A program made the position numbers and the translations under genes. Under the pieces are notes generated by a model. It saw only the letters and a program-made list of their open reading frames with translations, was not told the origin of the DNA and searched no databases. 64,000 nt of DNA, taken from IMG/VR virus record IMGVR_UViG_3300009285_003056; one strand, given 5' to 3'. The stretch is from a virus. How positions within the stretch are numbered: position 1 is the stretch's first letter; every line of letters starts with the position of its first letter. Below, in pieces: positions 50,326 through 60,169 of the stretch.

Positions 50326-51586
50326 CTGTCGTATCCTCACCAAGATGCAAAGTCGCTTTGCGATCCTGTAGTTTCTCTGTCATATCCTGACCCGCCAAAC
50401 GCTCGATTCTCCCATCTGCTCCAACCTTCAATCGGCCCTCGAACATCCACTTATCAGAAGTCTTACCTATGTATTTCTCATAGGCATAGTTGCGAGGCGC
50501 ATCCACCACCAACGTAGTTCTTCTCTGCTCGCCCAGAATTTCCTGCATCTGATCCAATGTGAATGCCATAATCCGCATAGGCTCAGTACTCTCGCCAATC
50601 GATTCGGATACCTTCCGAGCTTCTTCTATCCTAAGACGCTGCGCTTCCTTCTCCCTTTCATGGTAGGCTACAAGACGAGCCTTGTAGTTAGTGACAACCC
50701 TATCGTGCTCATCCTGTTCGCCAACGATCCACCGCCTCATCTCTGTCTCCAACTCCTCAGCGGAGGTAGCCTGCCGGATAATTTCCCGATCCTTCTCGTC
50801 TGACTCTGGTGAAATGACCCCCATCATGATGTAATAGAATCGATCCAGAATCTTTTGCCGTTCCTCTACCTCAGACAGCCGGGCACCATGATCCCTGGCA
50901 TCAAGTGACTTCATTCCCTTAGGGGCATGAGGAGAAACTGAAAACTTGACGTTAGCCCATTCCACAGCATCCCGGATCTTTTGATCCTCATACTGATGGA
51001 ACCAAGTCCACATGGTCTGGACCTTGTTGGCCCCCATAGAAGCACTGCCTGGAACTCCTGTGAACTCATCGCACGGGAGGATACGGCCTTGTCCCAACTG
51101 CTTCCACATCGTCCGGGAAACAGGTTCAAAACAGAACGCTTCGGCTGCTAACGTTGCTGCCCGATTAGCCCGATTGGTCAGTCCTTGGACCACATTGAAT
51201 AGTGATGACACCATCGAAGGATGCAGTTGCCGAAAGACATCGTGCAAGTGGGGCACCACATTGGTCTGTCCCAGGAGGTTGTACCCGTTCAACATCCACA
51301 CGGAAGTGGCCAGGACCCAACGCTGGATGTCTACTTCCGTTCCGATCGTATCTGTCGCTATAGAAGGAAATAGGGTGTACGCCCTGAAATCCCGCCACGT
51401 CCTACGCTTTCCCTGCCCGCACCGATTGCGCAAAAGGAAATAGTCGCCCACATTCAGCGACCGGAAAGAAACCGATATGCTGTCAAACAGAACAGAGTGT
51501 GTCAGGAACCCAGGATTGACCAGTTGTATGGTATCAGTATAGAACCGTTCACGTTGTTTCCATGTGGTTTTCGGAAGATTCCTCAC
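50318..51586 (-). CDS. Probable tail assembly chaperone / pre-tape-measure protein (422 aa)
   Basis: Inferred from position directly upstream of the tape measure gene; helical, charged C-terminal half. Confidence 0.45.
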   Translation of the reverse strand: MRNLPKTTWKQRERFYTDTIQLVNPGFLTHSVLFDSISVSFRSLNVGDYFLLRNRCGQGKRRTWRDFRAYTLFPSIATDTIGTEVDIQRWVLATSVWMLNGYNLLGQTNVVPHLHDVFRQLHPSMVSSLFNVVQGLTNRANRAATLAAEAFCFEPVSRTMWKQLGQGRILPCDEFTGVPGSASMGANKVQTMWTWFHQYEDQKIRDAVEWANVKFSVSPHAPKGMKSLDARDHGARLSEVEERQKILDRFYYIMMGVISPESDEKDREIIRQATSAEELETEMRRWIVGEQDEHDRVVTNYKARLVAYHEREKEAQRLRIEEARKVSESIGESTEPMRIMAFTLDQMQEILGEQRRTTLVVDAPRNYAYEKYIGKTSDKWMFEGRLKVGADGRIERLAGQDMTEKLQDRKATLHLGEDTTDG

Positions 51587-51595
51587 TAACTAACC

Positions 51596-52714
51596 TCATG
51601 GACGCTGCGGCCCCCGAAACTTAGGGTTGGTTCCCCCAGGGACAGGAGTGTTGACAATTACTGGTGCCCTGGGATCTTTTCTGGACCCCTTGGAGTTCAA
51701 CTCCTGTGCATTCCCCATAGTAAACACCGGAACTCCCGCCAAGGTTCCTGTCATGGCCGGTGCAGCTTTAGGGACAATCTCAGCAGCGGGTTTCAATGAA
51801 GCTGTCGGTACAGCATCTGCTCTATTAGCAGCATTCCTAACTTCCATCATTCTTATGGCCCGCGCTCTAGCAAGACGTTCGCCTTCTGCAGCCGCTGCCT
51901 TAACCATCCCCTCCGTATCATCAGAATCAACGAAAGATGAGATGACTTCCGACTGTGGGGGTATGACAGGAGCTTGCACAGGGGGGGCAACATGCTCCGT
52001 TGGTAACGGTCGGGGCATAGAGGGAGGCGCTACAGTCTGTGGGATGACGGGGGGTGCTACTGCAACCGTTGGCACTACAGGAGGTGCTACAGCATCAGTC
52101 TCGACTTCCGGCTCGGGTTCTGTCCCTCTCAATGCCTTCTCTTCAGATGCCTTCTCGTCTTCCAACTCTTTGACCCTAGCCCGGGCTTCCTCCAATTCGG
52201 TTTCCAGATCGGATGGTTCAAATACTACAGCAGCCGCTGCTTCTTTTTCCACACGAGCTAGCAACTCAGTGTACTTCTTGTTCAATGCCGAAACGGCGGT
52301 ATCTGTCCACTTCTTCAGGATCATGTCCCGCAAAGCCTGATGCTTAGGTATCTTGATACTGTTACCATTCTCCAGCTTCTTCCCAATGGCAATGAACTCA
52401 GCATCCCTGAAATCCGTAGAGTCAATCTGGACTAGAGCATAGCTCAGGAGCGCCACACGGAACCGATAGTAGTAGTTGGTCATAATGAGAAGATTGTTCT
52501 CTGGTTCTTCTGGGGCGTCCTTTCCTTTGACAGAAACCACCACTTTAGGTTTCCTACGTGCCTCGTCAGCAAAGAGTTGGACATCCCTATTCTCATGGGG
52601 CAAGAGCACCCGCAAGGTAATCATTGACCCATTGAACTCGAAGGTCAATTCCCCCTTCCCCACATTTGCTACAGCCTGGAATGCTTGGTCAAGACAATTC
52701 AGATCGAGATCCAT
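51596..52714 (-). CDS. Probable tail assembly chaperone (372 aa) with a Pro/Ala/Val-rich low-complexity C-terminal half
   Basis: First gene after the tube gene. GELTFEFNGSMITLRVLLPHENRDV...FRVALLSYALVQID...VSALNKKYTEL resembles tail chaperones. Confidence 0.5.
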   Translation of the reverse strand: MDLDLNCLDQAFQAVANVGKGELTFEFNGSMITLRVLLPHENRDVQLFADEARRKPKVVVSVKGKDAPEEPENNLLIMTNYYYRFRVALLSYALVQIDSTDFRDAEFIAIGKKLENGNSIKIPKHQALRDMILKKWTDTAVSALNKKYTELLARVEKEAAAAVVFEPSDLETELEEARARVKELEDEKASEEKALRGTEPEPEVETDAVAPPVVPTVAVAPPVIPQTVAPPSMPRPLPTEHVAPPVQAPVIPPQSEVISSFVDSDDTEGMVKAAAAEGERLARARAIRMMEVRNAANRADAVPTASLKPAAEIVPKAAPAMTGTLAGVPVFTMGNAQELNSKGSRKDPRAPVIVNTPVPGGTNPKFRGPQRP

Positions 52715-52747
52715 GATGCGAACCCCCTTTGCAGCCCTTAGAATCTA

Positions 52748-52875
52748 GTTTGGATTTTTGTCTCTGAGGAAGGGATCTAAGTGCCCACACATTCTGTACC
52801 AATCCCCTCTCGAAAACAGGGATGGAGAGCACGAAGCGCAAGAAACCTAAATCGAGTCAGGGACAAAACCCAAAC
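52748..52875 (-). repeat. Intergenic long hairpin element, copy 2 (56-bp core at 52798-52853)
   Basis: Outer arms GTTTGGATTTTTGTC (52748-52762) and GACAAAACCCAAAC (52862-52875) are complementary, and the core is 53/56 identical to 4485-4540. Confidence 0.8.
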
Positions 52876-52916
52876 CAGACTCCCCAAGACATCTTGGGCG
52901 AGCCGGATTATCAACA

Positions 52917-53744
52917 CTAGCCGTTCACAACCAACGACGTAGCACCTGCACCTACTGTACCACCACCAGCCGTGGGATAACCATTGGACATAGCGGATGC
53001 GAACCGGATCGACCCAAGCTGCCCTATAGTTGGATCATTACCCGTAGCCAAGAATTCGCCATACATGGAGGCAAAGTCATGAACATCAGTGATCGTCATG
53101 TCCCCGCTTTCCGTGATCAGTCCTGCATCCTTTGTGAATCCCGATGTGCTCCAGCTGTTCCACCAGCAAGCTTCGTACATCGTCACAATAGCTGAATGCC
53201 CCTGTGCGGCATCATTGCCAAAGTTCAGCCCATCCGGAGTCACAACCCCATACTTCAACTGCTGTATGCCACCATCAAAGGATCCAGGAGATCCAGGGAC
53301 TCCCACATTTGGTGCACCAAGATCCGCATCAACTAGAGTCGAGAAGACAACCTGCTGTTCAACATCAAAGGGCCACTTGTGGTGGGCCAACGACCGAACC
53401 GGGCCATCCACACCAGATGCGTAACCCGTCGACTGCCACAGATTGCAGAGATACAGCAACCCACGTTCTACAGACGCTGTGGGAGCCGAAGTGATAGATG
53501 GTACTAGCTCTGCGATCTTGTCACCCTGACCAATTCCACGCAATTCGTCAATCGTGCGGTTCATGGTTGGGTTAAAGTTGCTGAGGACACCCATCTGCCA
53601 GAGTGCCTGGTTATTCCCATACACAGGTGCAAGCACCCGAACCTTCTGGGACACCGCCGCACGAGTGTTAGGCGATGTACCAAAGTTATAGATGTAGGAT
53701 GATCCCTGAACGCCATTCTGTGGGTTCTTGTCCTGATTTCCCAT
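52917..53744 (-). CDS. Tail tube protein (T4 gp19-like fold), ~275 aa
   Basis: GGAGG RBS before MGNQDKN. MGVLSNFNPTMNRTIDELRGIG..DKIAELVP...ASVERGLLY...FDVEQQ...TMYEACWWNSWS...ITESGDMTITDV is tube-like. It lies downstream of the sheath gene. Confidence 0.8.
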   Translation of the reverse strand: MGNQDKNPQNGVQGSSYIYNFGTSPNTRAAVSQKVRVLAPVYGNNQALWQMGVLSNFNPTMNRTIDELRGIGQGDKIAELVPSITSAPTASVERGLLYLCNLWQSTGYASGVDGPVRSLAHHKWPFDVEQQVVFSTLVDADLGAPNVGVPGSPGSFDGGIQQLKYGVVTPDGLNFGNDAAQGHSAIVTMYEACWWNSWSTSGFTKDAGLITESGDMTITDVHDFASMYGEFLATGNDPTIGQLGSIRFASAMSNGYPTAGGGTVGAGATSLVVNG

Positions 53745-53857
53745 TGTGTCTTCCTCCAAGAGGGGTGGTAATCTCGACTTCCCGGCTGAACCGGGAAACA
53801 GACCACCATCTACTAGCTAGGCAGGCTATAGAGATGAAAACGAGATGGCTGGGAATG

Positions 53858-54163
53858 TTAGCAGAAGTGCAGATCGACGATCAGACGAGACCTTCCGTCT
53901 TTAGGCTCTACCAGCCACCACTCATCAAAAATCCTGAGGCATTTCAGGGCATCCTGGATGGACAAATGGGGGTATCCCACTTGTAAGGCCAATTCCGAAA
54001 TCGGGACGGTGTCCTCAGGATCGGTAAAGGTTGTCACATGAAAAGTCGCCTTCTCTCCAAACACCTCTGAACACTTCTGGATCGCTCTCTCGACATCTCG
54101 CTGCAAACCAGTGTCAGAACTCAAAAGCACTTGGCTGTTATCATCGTGAGTGATCTGTGGCAT
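53858..54163 (-). CDS. Small hypothetical protein (~101 aa) between sheath and tube
   Basis: ORF fills the sheath-tube interval; probable ATG start (MPQITHDD) with GGTG upstream. Confidence 0.5.
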   Translation of the reverse strand: MPQITHDDNSQVLLSSDTGLQRDVERAIQKCSEVFGEKATFHVTTFTDPEDTVPISELALQVGYPHLSIQDALKCLRIFDEWWLVEPKDGRSRLIVDLHFC

Positions 54164-54178
54164 TTTCACCAACCCCAA

Positions 54179-54244
54179 GATTCACCTAATCACCATACCC
54201 CATTCGAACTAAAATCGAGCATGGGGATGGGTAGTCACCGGATC
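54179..54244 (-). repeat. Intergenic hairpin element, copy 3 (related apical stem)
   Basis: Minus strand CCATCCCCATGCTCGA-TTTTAGT-TCGAATGGGGTATGG, extendable with mismatches. It lies just downstream of the sheath stop. Confidence 0.6.
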
Positions 54245-54285
54245 AGGTATTCTGAGCGAATCGCAACTACTTGAAATCAAAGGAA

Positions 54286-57200
54286 TTACAGCGAAGAGCG
54301 AACTGAGAAATTCGCAAGGATGTATAAGAGGGGGAAGATAGGGGCGTATGCAGCAACCAGGTCTGCCTCAGTCGGGTTGTCCGCAGCGGTCGTAGCTTTG
54401 ATACCCGTATAGGCTGCTACGATCTGTGCTGTCACGAAATCCCTGAACATCTGTGCAACCCTGCCCTCAATCTGTCCCAGTACCACCGGGAGATATTTGA
54501 TCCCGATGAACTGTTCCAGTACCGACCGAGACTGCATCTGGACCTCATCTGCAATCTGAATGATCGTCGGGAGTTTGGTCAGGATGTTGGTTGGATCAGT
54601 AGTCAGACCGTGCCGTGTCCGCAGGAACGGGGGCCGATCTTCCATAACCGTCACGCCCTGAACTGCTACCTGATTGGCCTCTACAGCATCCAGGATACGA
54701 CCCAGGGATCCGAATCCTACCAACAGTGACCCTGTCCATGGAGTAGCCACGTCAATGTTGGGACTGCACCGATTGCCCGCCAGAGCCGCAGCAATATAGG
54801 TTCCATCCACTAGATACTCTTTGGTCGTCCCAAGAGCATCCATAAGCGGGATGGTAACAATATCCGGGTACACGATGCGCATACGGGTGCTGGAAAGCGT
54901 CTGTGCCAGATTCCCCACATCCGTAGGAGTCTTGCCAGCCGACACACCGATAAGTCCAGTACGTTCGTGCTTGTACCGCACACTGGACTGGATGTCCACA
55001 TGCCGATCCAGGTACTGATACAGTTCAGTGGAGTCACCCCGGAGCAGAGTCATAATATTCGGGGCGATGAACCCCTGAAGTGGTGTTTCTAGATCGTCCA
55101 ATGCATCCCTATATGATGTGAGGGATCCATAGTTAGAGTCCGTGGCCTTGGGAACCTGCTTGATTGCCACTAGGACCGCTCCATTCAGAATAGACATATA
55201 GGCGGCTAGGGAAACAGGATTGTCCGGCCCTACAGTCCCGTAGGCTGCCTCAATGGCGGCTAACTTCGTATACAGTGCCATCGAGAAAGCCTGCTTGGTG
55301 TAGACATAGGAGACGTAGTAGAGATCCCCAATGGTGGGTTCGCTTCCACCCCGCTCAAAGGTCTCTACCAGTGCCGTATCGCTGACACCCACATTGTAAG
55401 TGTTGGCAACATAGGCTTCCACACCGGAAATAGCCCGGATTGGAGCATTGGCGTTCGTAGTGAACGTGGAGTTCACGTTGATGCGGAATGTGGCATTCAC
55501 ACCCGTGGGGTAAGCAATGTTACCCGGACGGGCAAGGATCGTGAAAGTAAGTCCCGTAACTTCATCTACATAGGTCTGACCGATCACCCCATCCTGAGCC
55601 AGCCAAGATAGGGTGGTCTTCAAAACAGATGTATCTGTAGATCCGGAACCATTGGGGTTGCTGGACCGGACAAAGAAACCGTTGATGCCTGATTCCCCGT
55701 AGGCTGAGTCAAGGGCATCGATCCCCAGACCCGTGCCATGCCGTAAAGCATCGCCCGTGGTAGCGGTATTGAAGATCAAGGAGGATGAACTTCCCGCTGT
55801 ATCGCTCTGGATGAACAGATACGTGTTGTTCAACGCATCCAGGGCAACACCCGCAACACCTTCTGCTACGAAATGATCCGCCGCAGCACCATAGTTGGTA
55901 CCACTGCTGTAATTGAACAACGTGTTAGCCATACTTGCTGTATCCACATTGGACATAAGAGCAGCAGCAATCTCAGATGCCTGTACAGGCGTTCTGATCG
56001 CTGTAGTTCCCGCCGTAAATCCCAATACTGAGTTAGCCGCTCCCGAGCCGATCACTACTCTGCTCAACTCATCGTCCCGAACTGATGTGAGACGGAGGCC
56101 CACACCTTCACGTCGAACGATTTGCGCCGCCTGTACTACTCCAATGGCCCCAAACGGTGCTCCAGGTAGATTAGAAAGAGCCAGTTCGATCTGACCGGTG
56201 ACAGTAGCGGCATCCGCAAAGGCAGTGTTGTTCGCTGCAGAAGATGACCCCAATGCGGTTACAGTACCAGCAGCAGATCCTGTGAAAGTGACTGTCACAG
56301 GAACACCATCCAGAGTGAAATCAAATGCCCTGTTGTCAGGGACAGCCCCTGTACCATCGTAGAATGTGACCTGATACTCGTCACGAGCCGCACCAACGCC
56401 ACCTGTGTACTGACCACCAGACATACCTGGAGTACCAAACACAGAGGCAGGCTTTGCTGTAGCAGCATTTGACGACTTGACAGACGTTCCGGCTGTCAAC
56501 TCCAACAGCTCATTACCTGTAGCAGCGTCCACCTGGATCTTGCTTTGCTCAATGGCATTGAAAGCCGCCATACGAGCCATGGTGGACCAGGCATACTCCC
56601 CACCACCAGCCACGATCCTATTACGAAGCACGATACGATCATGCTCCAAAGGTGACGTGGCAATTGTGAAACGTCTTGCCACACCAGAATCCAGAATCTT
56701 GCACTGATGGGTTCCAGCTGCGTCGGCGTCTATACCAGCAATCAGGCAGAAATCGGTATTTCCGACAGCCTGTTCAATGAAGCTGAAAGCGCCTCCAAGG
56801 AGCCCATCCACTGTTGCAGCACGGAACGTAAATACAAGGTGCCCATCCGAATCCGCCGCACAATAGACCCAAGGTGCTACGTGGGTTGCTACTGTATTGA
56901 ATGTTACACCCAAGTTCAACCGAACCTGGATATGAGCTGCTAAGGCAGCAGCACTAGCATAGGTACCAGCCTGAATAATGAATGATTCTGAGGTAGGCGC
57001 AGTTACAGCCCCCACATAACCAATCGTAATTGTGTCGTACCTATTGTTTGCAGCTGCTTCCACCGTGAACGGACTCAAGAATGCAGTCTTCGTCTTGTAT
57101 TGGGGTCTGGTGTCCAGATTGAACAGGTAATAAGCACTACCTAACGGGGCAAGACCAAAGTTCGGTGTCACTGTGGCGATCTTGGTGACAGAGTCATACG

Positions 57201-59574
57201 TCACGATCTCAACTTCTTCACCAGCAGCCGGACCAGCCGTCATAATCAACTTCCAACCAACATAGTAGTTGGGGATGTTGCTTGCCGCTGCAGCCAACGT
57301 CACGGTACCCACCACTGCACCAAGCTGGAGGGTACCCGTAATACCATGCACCGCTTCATTGATTGCTGCCACAAAGGTTCCCACCGTAGCGGATGCACCA
57401 GTATCCGCCAAGGCCCGAACTTCAACCCCATCGATGTTGAGGTTGACTTCGTTGTTTGTGGTATCCAGCGTCCACGTCAACCCACCCGTATCGGCATCAT
57501 ACGTAACGGGTTCACCCAGAATGCTACCCGTGAATCCTGTGACACCCACAGCGGCCACACCAATAGGATCGACCAGACTCGTTCCAAGAGCCGAACCAAT
57601 CGGGGGGTTGGCGTTGCCATTCATCGAGATACGGAGATGATCCGAGTCGGATGAAATGGTGTAGTAGGGGCCAGCAGACGGGGCAGTAAATTTAGCAGGA
57701 GAGGCAGGACGGGCAGCAAACTGCACCGTCACAATCTCATTGACCTGTGCTCCCGAATTCCACAGGATATCCGGGTTGGCCTCACCAGACGGGAAATTGA
57801 TTGTGATCCCAGTCAAGGATGAACCCTTACTCCCACTGTCAAAGGTCGGGTTGTAAATGATGGCCCCGCCCTGATCTGCTACTGTGTAGGTACCCACACC
57901 GCTCACGCCAGGAATGGCGCAACTGCATGTGTACTCATTGTCCGTCAGGGTATTGTGGTAATAGGTCGCAAATACCTTCCCGCCTGCAGGGATCGGTTCT
58001 GCCAGAGTAATTGATGATGTCGCTGAGTCCACATTCACAATAGTAAGACCCCGACCCGTTACGAGGCCCCCATTGTCGATGAACCTCTGGTAAGCATCGT
58101 CTACATCATAGCCCCAGAAGGCAATGATCGTATCGGGACGATTCGACGGAAGATCAATCCTCCCATTTGTCACTGTCTGGAAGAGTGACGCACTTCCAAT
58201 GGGGGTATCACGACCGTTACCGACCGTGGGCTGGTAAGAGAGTGTCCATATGGTGTTGCTGGTCCGGGTGCATTCCAGCATGAACACTCTGTTATCCACC
58301 AGAGATGTAGTCACCTGAGACGACCCAAAGTAATCCTTGCCTGTGGTGTGCACTCCTGAGGACACCAAAGAAGCCGTGCCCCAGACGATCGTGTCGTTCT
58401 GGAGGATGAAATCCGCCCCATCAACATAATCGTTGCGATCGGGGGTAATGCCGCACCGAGTAACCGAAGTCACTCCAATGTTGGCAAGGTAATCAAACGT
58501 ATCAACCCAGCTGTTGAAGTAGTACTGGATAGTAACCGTTGACGATGCGGCAGGGGCAACTGCCAGAGTCACAGCCCGTGTAGCGCCATCTACAGAGATC
58601 GGGATTACCTGGACCCCATCCACCTTCACGGTGACATCTGCAGTATCCGTAGTAGTGATACCGCCATTGGAACCATCCACAATCGGTCCCTGGAAGGTAT
58701 AGAATGTCTTGTTCCGAGCAGTAGCCTGATTGGTTACAAACCCAAGCAGGGCATTTGCTGACCCTGACCCAATCTTGATGTACTGATCAGCAGTCAGAAG
58801 AACGGCATCCTGCCCGTAGTTATTGATGTAGACCGTAGCAGTCAAAGAGCCAATAGCGGCATTGTTGACTGCGTTAGCAATCTGCTGAGCTGTTTTGGCC
58901 CCCGTGGTGAGTGTAATAGACGAGGCTGTCTGTGAACCCGTGACTGTCAGGTTTACGTCATCCACATAGACGGACAGGGTGCTATTGTTGGCAGTTACCA
59001 CGAATCCAGCAGTGGTTGTAGCTACTCCCACACCGCCCCAAATCTGTGCAGACTCTGCTGTCACCTGATCTGAGACAGTATCCGTAATCTGTGTATCCGT
59101 TCGGTCGAAGTAATACGTGCAGCGAACAATCTGCCCCACTCTTGCAGCCTGAGCACATTCCACAATACCTGTAGAACCCGTGACAGCCAGGACTACAATG
59201 GGTTGACCATCGTAGGTTACCGACACAGCCGACCGATCTGTCGTAGTCGTTCCAGTCCCATCCCCATTCACAACAGGATAGTTACGAACCTGAAATTTCG
59301 TCACTGCCCCATCAAAGGCCCCCAACGTTATTACACCCGTCTGGGAAACGGACAGAACCGCACGTCCGGTTTCGTCTTCTTGGACTACCTGCTGATCTAT
59401 CGTGGAAGATGATCCACGGACAACCGCAAGGTTGGTCTGAAAGAGCGTCTCAGAGCCTTCCCCAAGATACACGGGTATCTTCAGGGCTTCAATGGCCCCA
59501 GCTAGAGGATTCTCGAAACTCGTTTGGGTGTAAACGCCCGGAACGACGTAGGATTTCGTGAAGAAGGAAGACAT
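54286..59574 (-). CDS. Contractile tail sheath protein, greatly enlarged (~1762 aa)
   Basis: GGAGG RBS before MSSFFTKSYVVPGVYTQTSFE, a typical sheath N-terminus. The C-terminal sheath domain reads ERTGLIGV...RMRIVYP...YIAAALAG...ANQVAVQGVTVME...RHGLTT...IADEV...FIGIK...AYAPIFPLLYILANF. Confidence 0.9.
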   Translation of the reverse strand: MSSFFTKSYVVPGVYTQTSFENPLAGAIEALKIPVYLGEGSETLFQTNLAVVRGSSSTIDQQVVQEDETGRAVLSVSQTGVITLGAFDGAVTKFQVRNYPVVNGDGTGTTTTDRSAVSVTYDGQPIVVLAVTGSTGIVECAQAARVGQIVRCTYYFDRTDTQITDTVSDQVTAESAQIWGGVGVATTTAGFVVTANNSTLSVYVDDVNLTVTGSQTASSITLTTGAKTAQQIANAVNNAAIGSLTATVYINNYGQDAVLLTADQYIKIGSGSANALLGFVTNQATARNKTFYTFQGPIVDGSNGGITTTDTADVTVKVDGVQVIPISVDGATRAVTLAVAPAASSTVTIQYYFNSWVDTFDYLANIGVTSVTRCGITPDRNDYVDGADFILQNDTIVWGTASLVSSGVHTTGKDYFGSSQVTTSLVDNRVFMLECTRTSNTIWTLSYQPTVGNGRDTPIGSASLFQTVTNGRIDLPSNRPDTIIAFWGYDVDDAYQRFIDNGGLVTGRGLTIVNVDSATSSITLAEPIPAGGKVFATYYHNTLTDNEYTCSCAIPGVSGVGTYTVADQGGAIIYNPTFDSGSKGSSLTGITINFPSGEANPDILWNSGAQVNEIVTVQFAARPASPAKFTAPSAGPYYTISSDSDHLRISMNGNANPPIGSALGTSLVDPIGVAAVGVTGFTGSILGEPVTYDADTGGLTWTLDTTNNEVNLNIDGVEVRALADTGASATVGTFVAAINEAVHGITGTLQLGAVVGTVTLAAAASNIPNYYVGWKLIMTAGPAAGEEVEIVTYDSVTKIATVTPNFGLAPLGSAYYLFNLDTRPQYKTKTAFLSPFTVEAAANNRYDTITIGYVGAVTAPTSESFIIQAGTYASAAALAAHIQVRLNLGVTFNTVATHVAPWVYCAADSDGHLVFTFRAATVDGLLGGAFSFIEQAVGNTDFCLIAGIDADAAGTHQCKILDSGVARRFTIATSPLEHDRIVLRNRIVAGGGEYAWSTMARMAAFNAIEQSKIQVDAATGNELLELTAGTSVKSSNAATAKPASVFGTPGMSGGQYTGGVGAARDEYQVTFYDGTGAVPDNRAFDFTLDGVPVTVTFTGSAAGTVTALGSSSAANNTAFADAATVTGQIELALSNLPGAPFGAIGVVQAAQIVRREGVGLRLTSVRDDELSRVVIGSGAANSVLGFTAGTTAIRTPVQASEIAAALMSNVDTASMANTLFNYSSGTNYGAAADHFVAEGVAGVALDALNNTYLFIQSDTAGSSSSLIFNTATTGDALRHGTGLGIDALDSAYGESGINGFFVRSSNPNGSGSTDTSVLKTTLSWLAQDGVIGQTYVDEVTGLTFTILARPGNIAYPTGVNATFRINVNSTFTTNANAPIRAISGVEAYVANTYNVGVSDTALVETFERGGSEPTIGDLYYVSYVYTKQAFSMALYTKLAAIEAAYGTVGPDNPVSLAAYMSILNGAVLVAIKQVPKATDSNYGSLTSYRDALDDLETPLQGFIAPNIMTLLRGDSTELYQYLDRHVDIQSSVRYKHERTGLIGVSAGKTPTDVGNLAQTLSSTRMRIVYPDIVTIPLMDALGTTKEYLVDGTYIAAALAGNRCSPNIDVATPWTGSLLVGFGSLGRILDAVEANQVAVQGVTVMEDRPPFLRTRHGLTTDPTNILTKLPTIIQIADEVQMQSRSVLEQFIGIKYLPVVLGQIEGRVAQMFRDFVTAQIVAAYTGIKATTAADNPTEADLVAAYAPIFPLLYILANFSVRSSL

Positions 59575-59614
59575 GCGAACCTCCAAAGCCCATGAGGATC
59601 AGGACACACACTTT

Positions 59615-59693
59615 TCAAAGCCCAAGAAGAGTTACATCGAATAGGCCAATCCCACGGAGGGGATGGATTCACTACAAACTCACGGGCTATTGA
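59615..59693 (-). repeat. Intergenic hairpin element, copy 4 (related apical stem)
   Basis: Minus-strand nested pairings TCAA/TTGA, AGCCC/GGGCT, GAGTT/AACTC, TGAAT/ATTCG, closed by CCATCCC-CTCCGT-GGGATTGG (59646-59666). It lies just upstream of the sheath gene. Confidence 0.65.
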
Positions 59694-59719
59694 ATCCTTA
59701 TTGACTTCGAGGCGAGGAT

Positions 59720-60169
59720 TTACTTCTTGGCAACCTTAGCTGCTTCAAGTGCCTTCCTGCGGGAATACATGACAAGATTATTGATGGTTCGTCCTGTTAG
59801 AGCCGCTTTTTTCTGCCATGGCTCCATCACTTTATAGTCACCATCAGGCATCTTGGACAAGTCCGTCTTATCCGTACCTGGATTGGATGCTAATATCTCC
59901 CGCTTGTATGCGTCCCTCTGATCAATTGCAGCCCACTTCTCCACAGAGTCCTGTGCAATGACCCTATCCACCTCGGCGTCAATCCCACTGAAACCTGTGT
60001 TCTGCGGAGCGATTCCTTGAGTGGGTGCCTGTAGACTGAAATTCAACCCTTCGGGTAATGCCATCTTGGCTCCTCTGCCACAGGCAATGCACTCTACTGT
60101 CTCAGTCCCCATAGCAGTCAATTCCTCGAACTGCACTCCGCATTCACATTGGTACGTATAGATTGGCAT
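59720..60169 (-). CDS. FmdB-family-like zinc-ribbon protein (149 aa)
   Basis: The N-terminus MPIYTYQCECGVQFEEL...IECIACG is the FmdB/CxxC pattern. TAATG overlap with the upstream gene. Confidence 0.7.
   Translation of the reverse strand: MPIYTYQCECGVQFEELTAMGTETVECIACGRGAKMALPEGLNFSLQAPTQGIAPQNTGFSGIDAEVDRVIAQDSVEKWAAIDQRDAYKREILASNPGTDKTDLSKMPDGDYKVMEPWQKKAALTGRTINNLVMYSRRKALEAAKVAKK

Noticed and set aside
51560-51660. Programmed frameshift joining the two chaperone-like ORFs (lambda G/GT type)
   Set aside because: The ORFs do not overlap, the second has its own GTG start, and I found no convincing slippery heptamer. It cannot be fully excluded.
47594-52340. Long plus-strand ORFs (47594-48592, 49535-50371, 51627-52340) and the many other short plus-strand ORFs
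   Set aside because: They are antisense shadows of real minus-strand genes, with no recognisable motifs or independent RBS.
53779-53797. Short hairpins TTCCCGG/CCGGGAA (53779-53797), CCCAAG/CTTGGG (~52883-52898) and CCCATAG/CTATGGG (~44543-44573) as terminators
   Set aside because: The stems are real but lack clear U-tracts on the coding strand, so I do not call them terminators. They also lack the CCATCCC family motif.
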